A program made the position numbers and the translations under genes. A DNA stretch of 64,000 nt from Octopus vulgaris (lineage: Eukaryota): positions 126,108,001 to 126,172,000 of the forward strand of contig OX597816.1 of NCBI GenBank assembly GCA_951406725.2, written 5' to 3'. Below, in pieces: positions 30,850 to 47,031 of the stretch. The stretch's first letter is position 1. Every line of letters starts with the position of its first letter. The notes beneath the pieces were generated by a model, which made no database searches, was not told the origin of the DNA, and was given only the letters and a program-made list of their open reading frames with translations.

Positions 30850-32022
30850 GGTTATAGAACAAACACGTTGCCACACTTGCCCTTACCTCTCCAACACCAC
30901 CCTCCTCACTGGCACCCATCATTGACCCTATCGCATCATCAACTCCTTCACCTGCACCTCCAGTAATATCATCTATTGCATCTCTTGCTCTCTCTGCCAT
31001 TCCCTGTACATCGGACATCCGCCTTCTCAACGACACACCGTTCTCACACCATTTCCGCTCCACCGGTCACTCCTTGCAACACCTGTCTGTGTTCGGTTTG
31101 TCCTTGCACAGAGGCCATCCGGATTCCCGTTTGCACCGTGAACAGGGATTAATCTTCTCTCTTCGCTCTTTTACGCCATTTGGTCTCAATTCTCCCCCCT
31201 CCTCATCCAACCTCCCCCTGACTCCTACTTCTCATGGGTCCTTCATCTTTTCACCCCTACTCTCTTTCCCTTATCTTCCCTTTTCCCCCTCTTTCTTCTT
31301 CCCTCTTCCCCTTCTCTCTTTCTCCCCTTCCTCTTCCCTCTTCTCCATTCTTTCCTCTTTCTTCCTTCCTCTTTCTTCTTCCCTCTTCCCCTTCTCTCTT
31401 TCTCTCTGCTCCCTCACTCCCTTTCTCTCTCCCCCTATCCCCTTCTTTCCCATCCCCTCCTCTTCTCCTCTCCTTCCTTCTCCCCATTCCCCCCTCTTGC
31501 CTCCTCTTCTTATCTTTCCTTCTCACTTCTCTCATCTCACCCTCACCCCCTCCTTCTTTTCTTCTCCCCCTCCCCCTCATCACTCTCACCTTTCCTCTTC
31601 TCCCTCCTCTCCCCTCTCTACACTACACCATATGACATTACACATCACATCATACAAACATACACACGTCCAGACCTTTCATACGCACCCCATACTCCCT
31701 CATACACACACGCACCCTTATGTTGGGGCAAAGTCATTTGACCCTGTTATCTCCCCTATTTTTGCTCTTGCGTCTCACGTTTGAGATCTGACTTCTGGCC
31801 AGAATCATATCGCCATGTTGAATCGCTAGCTTCTGCACGCATTTTTTTCTCTCTTTGCTTCTCTCCATGTTTCTTTTCTGTGTATCTTTCTGTTGAAGAG
31901 CATAGGCTTGAAATGTAAAAGACTTGTTTTATTTATATTCCTGAGCGCCATACTAATACAATTGTTTGTTTGTACTCCACCTGCCTTCGTCTTTTGTTTA
32001 TTTTCATAAAGCTTCCCGTTAT
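30850..32022 (+). mobile_element. Penelope-like element 3' remnant: GIY-YIG endonuclease pseudogene, polypyrimidine tract, pseudo-LTR with hammerhead-like motif
   Basis: Translation gives CHTCPY...SFTCTSSNIIYCISCSLCHSLYIG and HHFRSTGHSLQHLSVFGL...RLHREQGLIFSLRSFTPFGLN, typical of PLE GIY-YIG; has a stop and an internal deletion. Confidence 0.8.
31885..31922 (+). ncRNA. Degenerate minimal hammerhead-like motif in PLE pseudo-LTR
   Basis: UCUUU-CUGUUGA-A-GAGC AUAG GCUU-GAAA-UG-UA^AAAGA; stem I UCUUU/AAAGA; position 6 deviates from consensus. Confidence 0.5.
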
Positions 32023-33048
32023 ATATATATATATATATAAATAATCATATATATATTGTGAAGCATGACTGTCACTACTACTACATGAACCTGAAGATTG
32101 CAGAATTTAATGCTTGAATGAACATTTAACATTCTATTATTTTATTTTATTATATTATCTTATAACATTATAAGATTGTAAATAAAACGTGAAAATCAGA
32201 CAAGGTTGGAATTCCTTTTATTAATATATTCTTCTATACACAATCACACACACCCGTATATATATATACATACACACATTCAACATTATATGTGTGCATG
32301 TGGTTTTTATACAAAACAAGCCCCATATTCAGACTGCTAAACCTTTGTTACTTAATCTCTTAGTCTTATGCTATATATATATATATCCACTCACACATAT
32401 ACATACATACACACACATATAAACATAAATATATATATATACGCATACATATAGCCATCTTTGTATTGTATTTAATGTAGGTATCTGACAAATATTTAAT
32501 TTTACATTGGTATTCATCCAGAAATAATTTATGTTACTGATGTACCATGTTTGAAAGCAATAGTTCATCAGTAAGAGATTAAAATTTTCCGTCTACAGTA
32601 GGTAGATACATATCTGCTTCATTGGGCTTTTTCAGTAGTATCTTATAGCTGGCAACTTCATGCTAAGACAAAATTTGCCACTACTTGTGTAGAAAACAGG
32701 CAATTGAACAATCATTGCAGCTGCAATTAGGTGCCCAGCTAAATAAAAATGCATTACATGACATTGTGTATTTTACTTAATTCACATTACAATACATTTA
32801 TTGTTATATAATCACCTGGTAATAATATCTCTAGTAGATGAGCTGTGCTTAGAAACACAAATATAGCCAGGTGGCTAATTGCCACATTTGAGTATTCAAT
32901 ATTTTTCTGCATCAGTAGCAATGGATTTTGTCTTGCAAACAGTTCTAGTGAGTACGTGCTACTAACTAGGACCAACCTAGCAGACGTGCATCTAGCATGC
33001 TCATTGTAGAGCAACTTTCATTTTCTACTGATATATTTTGATTTTTAA

Positions 33049-33378
33049 CTCTTTAGCATTAAGTCAAAGGACTGTAGCGTGCTCCAGTATCTGCTTTGGA
33101 ATGGGTTCTATGAGTAGATATCATTCTAGTGCCAACCATTTTACAGTTGTGCCACTGTCACTACTGAAGGAATGTAGCTCTCAAATCAGTAAACCTAAGG
33201 TGGAAGGATGTTGCATCTAAATGTTAAATGGTAGGTGGGTGGGGGGTATAATGTATATTTATGATTATTTTTATTTTTAGATTGACAATGTAGAGTAGGT
33301 GTGAGAGGCGAGATCTGGCCTGTTTGACCATAAAACAGAATATTCTGGCCAGATATGGCTGGTTTAAATGCTAAAGGG
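33049..33378. mobile_element. Possible piggyBac-type MITE with decayed internal repeat fragments
   Basis: TTAA|CTCTTTAGCATT ... AATGCTAAAGGG|TTAA (12-bp TIR, 1 mismatch). Confidence 0.5.
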
Positions 33379-35257
33379 TTAAACAGCACATATCTTAAGA
33401 CATATAATCTCTGGATGAATACTGCAGTATATTTGCTCTTTTAAGATTTATCAACATTATGATACACAGATGGCTAATTTACTCTAATACTGATCCTGTT
33501 ACATGTAACAGATCCCACCTTGACAATGGTATCATTGTAACTCTACTGCTTGTATCCCCCATAGCACCTTTCCCCAATCTTTATAGATGTTTACCTTCCT
33601 CTCTCATTTCTCCTATCTCCTCATTTCACTTGAAAATCCCCATTCTCTACACTCACCACTTCCCTTACACCACTGTCATCTCCTTGGAAATAACTAACTC
33701 ATTCTCACTATATCTCTCCTAAATTTGAGTAACCATGTAGCTCTCCTACAATGAGAATTTCTTCCCTCTTATCTTACCCTCCACCCACCTACCATTTAAC
33801 ATACAGATGCAACATATATATATATGCTAAGTCATATATATATATACCAGCATGGACACACATATGCATATGTGAGCGTGTTAAGCAGTACAGTTGATTT
33901 CAATTTCTAATTTCACATATTGTTAGTATTAACTTTCACACTACATAGTATATAGAGCCTTCTGATCTAGTATATTGATACCATTATAATTTTAAGTTCT
34001 TGTGCAACCACCTGTCCTCACTAACAACATAAGATCATTTGTTAGGTAATGAACAAAACCTTTTAGTTACAAAGCATTTAAATAAAGCTATGTTCAACTC
34101 CACAACAGAGACAATTTGAAATACTGCAACAATATACTGTCTTCAAGAAATGCCTTCAACTTATGTTACCTCATACTTTTCTTGTTGATATCAACGGGTT
34201 TATCAGAATTGGTTTAGAACTCCTTTTTAAGGCAACAATTGTAATCACTGAACAGATTTGGAATGCAGAATCTATATATGCCTCTGCTGTCATACACATA
34301 AAGCATAGCCTTCTAAGGTATTAGCAAAGTACTTTACTTAATGTTTTTCACATAATTTCAATTCTTTCACTCTTTTAAGCTTACTAGACAATTTCATAAA
34401 TGTTGTTAACTGAAAAAAATTCTTTTTAATTATTGCAACCCATGGTAACAAGAAAACAGAAATAAAAACAGGCATAAAATTAGAACTGAATACATATGTG
34501 ATATACTTTATTTATTCATTTTATAATTTTTTCTTAATTATGCAATAGGTCCCTTTTTATTTTTTTGTTGCGGGAAAGCATAATTTATTTCAACATCTTT
34601 TCTTACAATCTTTCCCCTTTCATAATACATTCAGTTTTATTTGATAGCCTTTGTGAAAGGTAACATTAATGGTAATTGTTAACTCATGTTATAAATTCAT
34701 AGCATTAAGCACAGAAGTTTCTGCTTGCATCAGTAATTTTAACAATGAAGTTGACAACAGATTAGTTTCAATATGAAGTATCCAGAACAGAATGGCAATT
34801 AGCCAAAACTTAAGATATTTGCTTTAAGAAGAAGGAAATTAACTGAATATGAAACCCCTTGCAACTCAATTAGATCAAAACACTGATATAGCATTAAAAC
34901 AAAATTTAAGAAGCAATCAAAAATACTAAAGAGTATGATTCCATATATACTGATGTAATGATTTAAGGACACTGATGCAAAACCACAAATCAGTAGTGTG
35001 TATGTGTGGGGGCCAACTAAATCTGCTAATGCATTAACCAATATTCCACTGATTTTGGATAAGTGACAAAGTTAACCTTGATGTGATTTGAACCTAACCT
35101 TCAAACAAGGCAACTAGAAATCAAAACATATGAAAAAAATGTATTTATTCAAATAAGCTGATTATTGATATGTTATACCTACAGAGAACTGGATTCAAAG
35201 ACTAATAAAACAAATCTCAGATTGCCTTAAAATCAAAATCCAAAATATATAAAAAGC

Positions 35258-35752
35258 ACTCAGTCCACTCTGCAAAGTGGCCGGCATTGAGAAGAGCATC
35301 TAAGCAGAAAAAAAACATGCCAAAGTAAACACTGAAGCTTGGCACAGTCATCAGGTTTACCAACTCCAGTCAAACCATTCAACCCATGCCAGCAAATAAG
35401 ATGGACATTAGATGATGATGATATATATATATCTCATCATGAAGGTGATGACATATGACCAAGACCTTTGGCGATATGCCGTGCTTGAGAAGACTCAAGC
35501 CAAGCTAAATTGCAATTATGGCAGATGTAGGTGTCATGTAATTGGTACCCATGCCAGTGGCACATAAAAAGTACCCATGCTAGTGGCAAGTGAAAAGCAT
35601 CCATTACACTCTTGAAGTTGTTAGCATTAAGAAGGCCATAGAAACCATACTAAATCAAACTGGAACTTAGTGCAGCTCTCTAGTTTACTGGTTCCAGTCA
35701 AACTGTCTAACACATACCAGCATGGAAAGTAGACGCTAAATGATAATGATCA
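35258..35752 (+). mobile_element. Two decayed RTE-type 3' ends in tandem
   Basis: Diverged matches to the reverse complement of 54903-55470, each ending in GGACATTAGATGATGATG / GACGCTAAATGATAATG. Confidence 0.6.
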
Positions 35753-37259
35753 TGATTCTGATATATATAAACAAGTTTTTACATCACATTAAAATATAAC
35801 TCCTCAGCAGAATAGAGTAAAAGCTAAACAAATATCAAGCATTAACAGTATGCTGCTAATATATTATGCCATTAATACTACACCATTCTGAAGGTCAGAA
35901 GGAAGTTTCACAGTAGCTTTTAAAAAATGCATCCTTAAAATATTCTTTTGTTAAAATGTAATTCTTGAAGTCTAATCCCTTGAAAGCAGTTAGTAGTTTG
36001 AAAATAAATCAAAATCATCAATCGTTTTTAAAAATCATTTCCAGTTTTATGAATTTAAGCATGCTCTATCCTTGAACTTTTAATAGAAGCTGCATATTCA
36101 TTCACTATGTTTCAGTATGATAGGTAAAGAGAGAAGCTTTAGATTCAATGACCTGATAGGAAAGTGTCTGTGTGTTTGTGTGTGTACCTTTAAAAGAGCA
36201 TTCCATATTTATTAAAGAATAATTACTAAAACTATTAAGAATAAAAAGAATAAAGTTCATACAAGGAAATGCTCTACAAGTAATATTAAAGACAAATATA
36301 AATTAATAGACAAATGGTGTTGCTCATTTCCAAACACAACTTCCAAAACAAATTTAGAATCAAGTTGTTAGAAAATACAGCATGAAAAAAAGAAATTTAG
36401 AGCAAATTATGAAGTTTAAAAAATACAAAATTTACATTAAAAAAACTGAAATAAAATCACATTTTAAGACACTGAAAGTATAATTTAAAAAAAAAAACTA
36501 CATAAGACAGTGACTTTTAAGTAATTTCCCAAACCAAAATGAAGATAATTAGATTTACTAAGATAACTCAGAAGTGATATTGGCACATCAACTCAATTAT
36601 TTTGGAAGGTTTATAAAGAAATTGCAAAGAAAAGTGCTGAGCACACAGTCTGTTATTTGTATATATATCAGGAAAGTTTATCTATTTTGTAAATATATCC
36701 AGGTTAAATTTTAAAAGCTTAACATAAGCAAAATGAAAATTTAAGTATATTAACATGCAATATTCCCATCTACTTTCCAAAACTAGGAAGGACATGAAAA
36801 GCAAGACTCCTCATAATGTTTTCTGTAGGAGCTCCATATGGTATCCATAATGAATAAAGAAATGCTATTATAAAACATCAAAAAGTTTAAATCCTATTTG
36901 AGAAAAAACGGATTTGGCAGAGCAAGTAAAGGAGAGAGAGAAAAAGAAGAAGAAAAATTACAAGTATTATCATATAGGCAGTGGATTTGTTCACCCACAT
37001 GTGCATGTCAATATTGATCAGATTATGAAATCATAATTCTAGAGAATAGTCAAACGTAAATCTCAAGGATTAAAATAATTTTCCAAATAAAAAAATTTCC
37101 ATTTTTTTTTTAAATAAAAGAGAGATTATTTTTTATGCAAGAGGATTGCATATTTTGTGGGCAAATAGGAATCATATTTCAGGGAAAAAAAAGTTCATCA
37201 AAAATAACTATAACCGGAAGTGCATTAATAATTCAAGAATATTGAAATCAAAATGAAAG

Positions 37260-38500
37260 AGAATTGGCAGATTAGAAATTTTAAATCCGACGTACATGTC
37301 GATTCAGCTTTAATATTGAAATTATTTAGAATCTTTAAATCTAAGGATTAAATTCCAAAAATCTTTTGCTTTTCATCCTTTCGGGGGGTCGATAAAATAA
37401 AGTACTAAGTAAGTATTGGGGTCGATAGTATCGGCTAATCCCTTTCTGTCAAAATTGTTGGCCTTGTGCCTTAATCAGAAATAATAACAATAATAATCTT
37501 TTCTTACTATAGGCACAATTTGGGAGGAGGGAGGGCTATTCGATTACATCGACCCAAGTGTCCAACTGGTCCTTTTTTATCGGCCCCAAAAGGATGAAAG
37601 TAAGGTCGACCTCGGCAGAATTTGAACTCAATAATAACAATAATAATAATTATTATCATTATTGATACAAGGCTAGAAATTTTGAGGGGAAGATGCGCAG
37701 TCGATACCATCGAACCAATATTTGACTGGTACTTTATTTTAACGACCTCGGAGGGATGAAAGGCAAAGTTCACCTCGGCAGGACTTGAACTCAAATCCCA
37801 TCGAGGTCAACTTTACTTGTAATCTCGTTGAAATCGATAAAATACCAGTCAAACGCTGATGATATCGACTAAATGCCTCCCACCTAAATTGCTGGCCTTG
37901 GGACTAAATCAGAAATAATCGTAATAATGTTTGTATATGTGAGCAGGCAGAATTGTTAACACGCCGGTTAAAATGCCTAGCAGCATTTAGTCCGTCTTTA
38001 CGTTCTGAGTTCAAATTCCACCAAGGTCAACTTTGCCTTTCATCTACTCGGGGCCGATAAAATAAGTACCAGTTGAACACTGGGGTCGAAGAATCGACTA
38101 GTCCCCTAACCCAAAATTGCTGCCCGTGTGGCAAAATTTGAAACCAATATTATTATTCGCTATTGCCTTTTTTCATTTTGGGGTCGATAAAATAATTATC
38201 AATCGAACAGTGAGGTCGATGTTATCGATTACCCCAACCCTCAAAATAACCGGCCTTGTGCCAAAATTAGAAAGAATTGTTGTTGTTGTTGTTATTAAAG
38301 CGAACTGGCAGAATTGTTCGTGAGCCGGGGAAAATGCTTATCGGCATTTTTCGCGATTTGCTCTTACACCGAGTTCAAATCCCATCTTAGTCCTTCATCA
38401 TTTCATGGTCGATTATATAAAAACCAGTCAAGAACTGCAGTTAATGTAAACGACTTAGCCATCTCCCTCTAAAATTGCTGGCCTTGTGCTAAAATATGAA
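37260..38500. mobile_element. Cluster of ~8 decayed SINE family 2 fragments in mixed orientation
   Basis: Recurrent GAGTTCAAAT.CC, CTTTGCCTTTCATCC, GGTCGATAAAATAAGTACCAG and TTGCTGGCCTTGTG motifs on both strands. Confidence 0.75.
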
Positions 38501-38899
38501 AGTCATCATTATTGTTATTATTAATTGTAGTATAGCTTGTCATTGAAACCGAGTCTCAATATTATTAAGCAACGATACATTCTAATAAAATACCAGTAAT
38601 ATACTCGAGTATATTGCTAAAATTGCCATTGCTATATTGCCATTATGCTTTCTATTTTCTTTCCCTTTTTTTATTTTTGTTATCAAAACAACAAAACGAC
38701 ACTGAAATCTGCATTAATAAAACATGTTTTGTTTGTTTTTGTGGTTCTGCATTTATAATTATGCGCTTTCTATTTTTTTACTTCTACTACTAAACACCAG
38801 CAACAGAGAGGAGGGTTGTTCCACCTGCTCTCACCTACATAACAGTGACGTAACAAGCGATCGATATATCCTTGGAATGTATGGTCTTTTCCCTATTTC

Positions 38900-41392
38900 A
38901 TCTAACGTGACATAATTTCTAGTTATAAAGACGAATAAAAAAGATACTTGACAGAATACTATCATAGACTAATGGTTTACTGTGATACATTAGGGAAAAT
39001 ACAAAAAGAAAAACAAAGAGAGAGAGAGAAAGAAACAGAGAAACGTCGTTCAATGAAAACACGGATGCAGTATTTTCTTTTTCCTCCGCCTTTCGGAAAA
39101 GGAAAGGTGAAAGGAATTAACGATATCATATGAAACGAATGAAGCACTAAAATACTAATGTGAAACTGCTGCGAATGGTTACCGTCAAACAGCGAGATTT
39201 TAGTGATTATATTTATAAATATATATTATATGGGTGAATTTATAACATCTTCATCTAGCATATTTATGCTAGCTTTTTAAATACAGATGTACTAACGAGA
39301 TAATAGATTCGTTTTAAAATTATTTTTCCATTTCAAACGAAAAGCAAACACAGCCAGCAACCTCATCAGTGCATGACAACTACTAACAGCGATGATCATC
39401 CATTAAGGTAGTAACGTAACGTAACGTAAGGTGTATAGAGGAATAAATCGAAAGCGACATCATGCTAAATAAACTGGGGAGGCACCATTAAACAGAAGCT
39501 GTTTCTCTTTTAGGTATTTAAACAGAAGATGGCAAAAGATGACCAGTGCAAATTATGTAGTGGGAATAATAAAAGCAGGAGTGATGCTAGCAACAGATAT
39601 GAATATGTGTAACGAACATCGCTGTTATGGCTTGAGAGAAAATAATGCATAACGGAAATCCGTCATGCTCAACAGATGCGAATAACAGCACAGTAGGTGC
39701 GCGTGCTGCTGACATTTTATAGTCGACTACATGTCTATACATTACAGCAACATAAATGACGAATGACGAAAATTGTGAATTTTCTAACACAATGCTTTAT
39801 GAGCAGTACTGAACATATATAAATTCCACGTTTGGTTTACTTTCCGCGACATTCAATCATCAAAAGAAACATGGAAGCAGTCCAAAATTTAACATTCATG
39901 CAACCTCATTTGATGAAGGGGAAATTTAATTGTTTATTCAGATATGGACCACAATAAAGCACATACACGACGCTTATACACTTAGTATCAAAATTAAAAT
40001 TATGAATAGCATTGGAGGAGATTGCACATTTATTAAATATATATATATGTTATATCTAACAACAAATTATCAGAAAGCACAACATGAATTAAGGAACTTC
40101 CACATTTTTTTTTTCTTATTCAAATGAATTATCAAACCAAAATTATCAATTTCCATATTCATAGAAATTCAATTTCTGAAGACAATAATGTGACCTACCT
40201 TCTCTCTTTATAAGGGAGTCGGCTGTTATGTTTTGGTTTTTAGAGTTTTTGGTAACGTAATGTTATGGGGAGGGAATATAATACAGTTTAACAGCGAGAG
40301 GCTAAAGCCATCTCAAGAATGTCGGTAGCGATTTTTGGTCATATTGGTAACGGTGTGCAACTAGTCGCCAACATGACAAATGTATATAATACCTCAATGA
40401 AAACATGGAGGTTATTCAACAAGGAAAATACCAGCCAGGGGAACAGAAAGAGAGAAATTAGAAACACTGCTCTTATCACTCTCAATTCACAAAAATATTA
40501 TCTAATTAACTGAAGGAATTAACGTTTTTGACCACAGTTTTTTCGTTTTTTTTTACTTCTTTTCTGTGTCTATTTTTTTTCTCTTTCTTATACTTGTCAA
40601 TGAAAATAAAAATTTAAATCGTTTTAATGTACGTGACTGATGTACGCACCAACATCAGCAAGTTTCGGGTGTAGTGGTTGCTGTTGTAAATAGCAGTAGT
40701 AGTCCGACATAGAGAAGTACTGCTTCTTCTCCCGGACTGGAAATAAAATTGAGATATGTATTCGTCTTAGAGCGCCCATGGTATAGTGCTTTTTTGGTTT
40801 TCCGCGTATGTTTTCAGAGTGTTGACGCTAACAACAGTATTAGTCTTTTCGTTGACAAACAAACAATCGGTTATTAAAGAATAATTAAGCAATTATTAAT
40901 ATAAAACGAGAAAATGACTTAGGAAGAAAGAATCAAAGCTCTTCTTGCCGGGTTGTAGCTGAGAGAGAGAGAGAGGGTGAAGAGAGCATCAGCAGATAGG
41001 GAGTGAGAGTAAAAGACAGTGGAATCGAGTGCGCAACGGGATGAGTCTAGTTTTGCATCAACCTGTTTGTGCTTGGCGTTAGTATTAGTTCTTTTACTGC
41101 TACTTCCTAAGTTCGAGTTTAAAATGAGAAATTCGATATGCTATCAATATTTATTAAACATTATGGATTTTTTTTTAATTGAAATATTTTTTATGAATCC
41201 GTACAGTTGTGTGACAAATTAATATTTTGTATACAACTACCGACAGATTAGCGAAGCTAATTGGAACAGCCAAATTATCGATCTTATTATTGTCGAATTC
41301 TTAGAGTAAATTCTATCTCTTGTTACATTACAAGAGATCTTTGTTGTGCGACTTTGCTCCTCCGGCGAGTGCGTACAACTTGAAGGTTTACC
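38900..41392. promoter_or_regulatory. Repeat-poor, CpG-retaining region; probable promoter/5' UTR zone
   Basis: Visibly more CG dinucleotides than 32-37 kb (by eye), no TE remnants, (GA)n tract at ~40960, lies immediately upstream of the ATG exon. TSS not locatable. Confidence 0.35.
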
Positions 41393-41668
41393 ATGCGAAT
41401 CTTCCGATATAATTTCTTACATTTATTTCTTGGAATTTGTCAGCTTGGATCTGTATTTGCAACAAAAGATGTTTCCGTTGGCATCGGTGGTACCACGGTT
41501 GAGTCTCAGACAGACAAGCTTGTTGCACCTGGCCAAGATAATTTGGAAAGAAAAGAGTCTACGGCTGAGAAATACAACTGTCCAGGTGCATCATTAGTCC
41601 AAGTGGACTTACTGAGACTTTCTTACGACTACTCCATCGTTGACATTGACATTATTCAACATGTCAAG
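41393..41668 (+). CDS. Probable first coding exon (92 aa) of an unidentified secreted or membrane protein
   Basis: ACCATG start; signal-peptide-like MRIFRYNFLHLFLGICQLGSVFA; normal-complexity polar sequence follows; ends at a strong phase-0 donor AAG|GTAGGT. No downstream exon recognised in the window. Confidence 0.6.
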
Positions 41669-42504
41669 GTAGGTTTATCACTTCCCAATCAAACAACTTT
41701 ACTTTCAAACATTTTACATTGTCGGTAAAACCACTCTCACACAAACTTCTTTCCTTTCAATTATTGTTCACTATGTCCTGGTGACAAATTTGTGATGAAA
41801 TTTCAACAAAGTTCATAAAAGAAACTACTTTTTCTCCTTATCAATCCTTTGAATATTCTTTATTTATTCCAGTATTGTTTCTTTGAAAATGTTTTGTAAA
41901 AAAAAAAAAAGAAGAAGAAAGAAAGAAAGAACTTAAAGAAATACATATAATTTGTTGGTTTAATATTTAAAGTTAGACCACTTTCAGAGGGTTCTTCAAT
42001 TTCCGAAGAACTTTAAACTTATTTACTTGGCTTTGATTTTCATTCATTGTTTATCCATTCAATATTCATACATACATACAATATATATATATATATATAT
42101 ATACAGTCACAATATACAAACATTTGTTTATAATGCGAACGGGTTCTACTTTCATTATTGTGCAATGAATGTTTGACAAACTAACGGCGTTTAGTCGACG
42201 GGTGTTTAGAAAAGTGTATACAATACTGAAAAAACAAACAAAAATGTTTGTACAACTACAGACTTATAAAATAATAACCAAACAATTGTTTTCAATCAAG
42301 TTCTACATGATATTATCACTATTTTCAATTATATCTTCATTTCTTCTTAGTTGCTTAACTTTCGCAGTCAAATCTCGTCTGCTATTTTCATGTCGCCTGA
42401 AAACCTTAAAACCGCTTCCTAAACGCTCGAAACGAAATTTGTAAGCGCTAAGATAATAATATAGTTTTGTTACGGAAATGTTAAGAGTAACGATTAAAAT
42501 CAAA

Positions 42505-44100
<1,596 letters not shown>

Positions 44101-45532
44101 AGAAATCGCACTCAGAGATAATACATACACACATGCACACACTTACGTGCACGAATATGTACACCTCTATATAAACACATTCAGTAATATATAAGGAAAT
44201 AAGCATACATATGTGTTATGTAGGCAGACAAACAGACAGGATAGATAGATAGATAGATAGACACACAAGATGTAAGCATATGTATTTTGTAGTTTTTTTC
44301 AAAAAATGGAACACGTTTTTATTTCTATATTAATGTATATACATTTGTAAATTTTCATTGACATATTTGTGTGTGTATGCATACACATAAGCATTAGAAT
44401 GTGCGTGAAAAAGTAATTGTGTATCTCTCTCTCTCTCTCAGCACATAACTATCTGTATCTGTCTCTCTATACATACATATCTAGTGTGTGTGTGTGTGTG
44501 TGTAGTTTGTGTGTGCGTAAAGTGTTTCAAATTTAAAGAAATACATTTACAGATTGAAAATTTGCTGTAAAACAAAATAAAAGAATTGTACTTTTTGTTT
44601 TATTCATAATTGTTACTAGTGTTTGAAGCAGTGCCGCTGGCCAAAATGTTAGCGAACCAAAATTAAATGCTTTGAAGCGGAATGTATTTCATTTAGTGCC
44701 TCCAGGTACGGGGTTCAAATCATACCTCAGTCGGCTTCGTCTTTCTTTTATAAAATGTGGTAAATAACTATGTAATTACTACACTAACATGATTTTTATC
44801 AGAATTGGCTCCCCCATCCCCAGATAAATGATTATTATTACCGCTCGGCTCTTACGTCTTTGGGAAAGGCATGATTGCTACAACAACTAGTTTTCTCCGA
44901 TTTGTAAGTGGATTATTCAAAGGTACATGAGAAAATATAACAGATACATGAAAGCATTCTAAAAAGTATTTTAATTCAGTATAAAGCGACGTCTCTATCT
45001 ATTCAAGCTATTTAAAGCGTTTAAAGATACTTTATCCACCCTTTCATCTTTTCATTCGATTATATATAGATAAGTGATCGAGCTAGAAATATTTTATCAC
45101 GATCTGAGGAATCTGGTTCAGAAAAATAATTCGTATTGATTCATATGTTTTGGTATCAATGTAAATTACACATGTATTTTAGACATAACATAGTTCAAGT
45201 AACATTGGTCGTTTGTAAAGCTTCAAAACGAGCTTTTGTGTGCCGATACAATAGATGATTGTATATATATATATATATCGTATAGTATTGAGTAAATAGA
45301 AGCATGTGCGCTGTTTCAATATACAGCTAGGTGTGCGGTTTCATACAATAAATAACGGTGATGATGACATACACGGAACAGTTGCAAATCACGCAAACAT
45401 ACATACACAGAAAATTGCTCGTGTGTATGTATGTGTGTATGTGTGTGAGAGAGAGAGAGAGTATGTGTGTGTTAGTTTGTGTGTGTGCTAGTGCGTGTGT
45501 GTGTGTTTATGAGCGTGAATTTGTTTATGCCC

Positions 45533-46040
<508 letters not shown>

Positions 46041-46442
46041 ACACACATACGTACGTAAGTATATATTTGTGTACGGACGTATGTTTTACCTATCTCATAA
46101 AATGTGAGTGTAAACATGTTTAAAACAAGAGAAAAAGTACTCAATATATGTTGGTGAGTGCAGTATGGTTATAGTTGTATGTGCGCGCGCGCGCATTCCC
46201 TTACACTTACCATCGGTTCGCGCGCGCACACACGTACACATATGTAGCGGAGATATACAATACAAGATCCACGAATCTTGCACTCACGCATATACGGAAC
46301 AGATATATAGTATACATATGTAAATGTAGTGAAATTTAGGAGAATTGAATTTTATTTCCCCACTGTCTTAGGGGAAAAAAAGCAAGAAATGAAGTCATCA
46401 CATAAAAGAATTGGTTTTCTACAAAGGGGAATCAATAGCTAA

Positions 46443-46890
46443 ATGTATGTATGTATGTATGTATGTATGTATGTATGTATGTATGTATGTATGTATGTGT
46501 GTATGTGTGTGTGTATGTATGTATGTATGTATGTATGTGTGTATGTATGTATGTGTGTATGTATGTATGTACGTATGTAAGTATCTATGTACGTGTGTAT
46601 GTATGTATGTATGTACGTATGTAAGTATCTATGTACGTGTGTATGTATGTACGTGTGTACGTATGCATGTATGTGCGTATGTATGTATGTACTTATGCAT
46701 GTATGTACGTATCTATGTACGTGTGTATGTATGTACGTGTGTATGTATGTACGTATGCATGTATCTACGTATGTATGTATCTATGTACGTGTGTATGTAT
46801 GTACGTATGTATGTACGTATGTATGTATGTGTATGTTTATATATGTGGGTGTTTATATATGTATGTATGTGTATATATATATATATATAT
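46443..46890. repeat. (TGTA)n array with TACG interruptions
   Basis: Visible directly. Confidence 0.93.
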
Positions 46891-46998
46891 AGAGAGAGAG
46901 ATGTTTGTGTATGTATGGCTCCGATGGAAAAGTATATAGTCATGTATACAGGGAATACATGTATGTACTTAAGACAAGAAGTACATACGTCTACAGAT

Positions 46999-47031
<33 letters not shown>

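Noticed and set aside
31200-31635. Ser/Pro/Leu-rich and Arg/Glu/Gly-rich ORFs
   Set aside because: Polypyrimidine low-complexity tract within the Penelope remnant.
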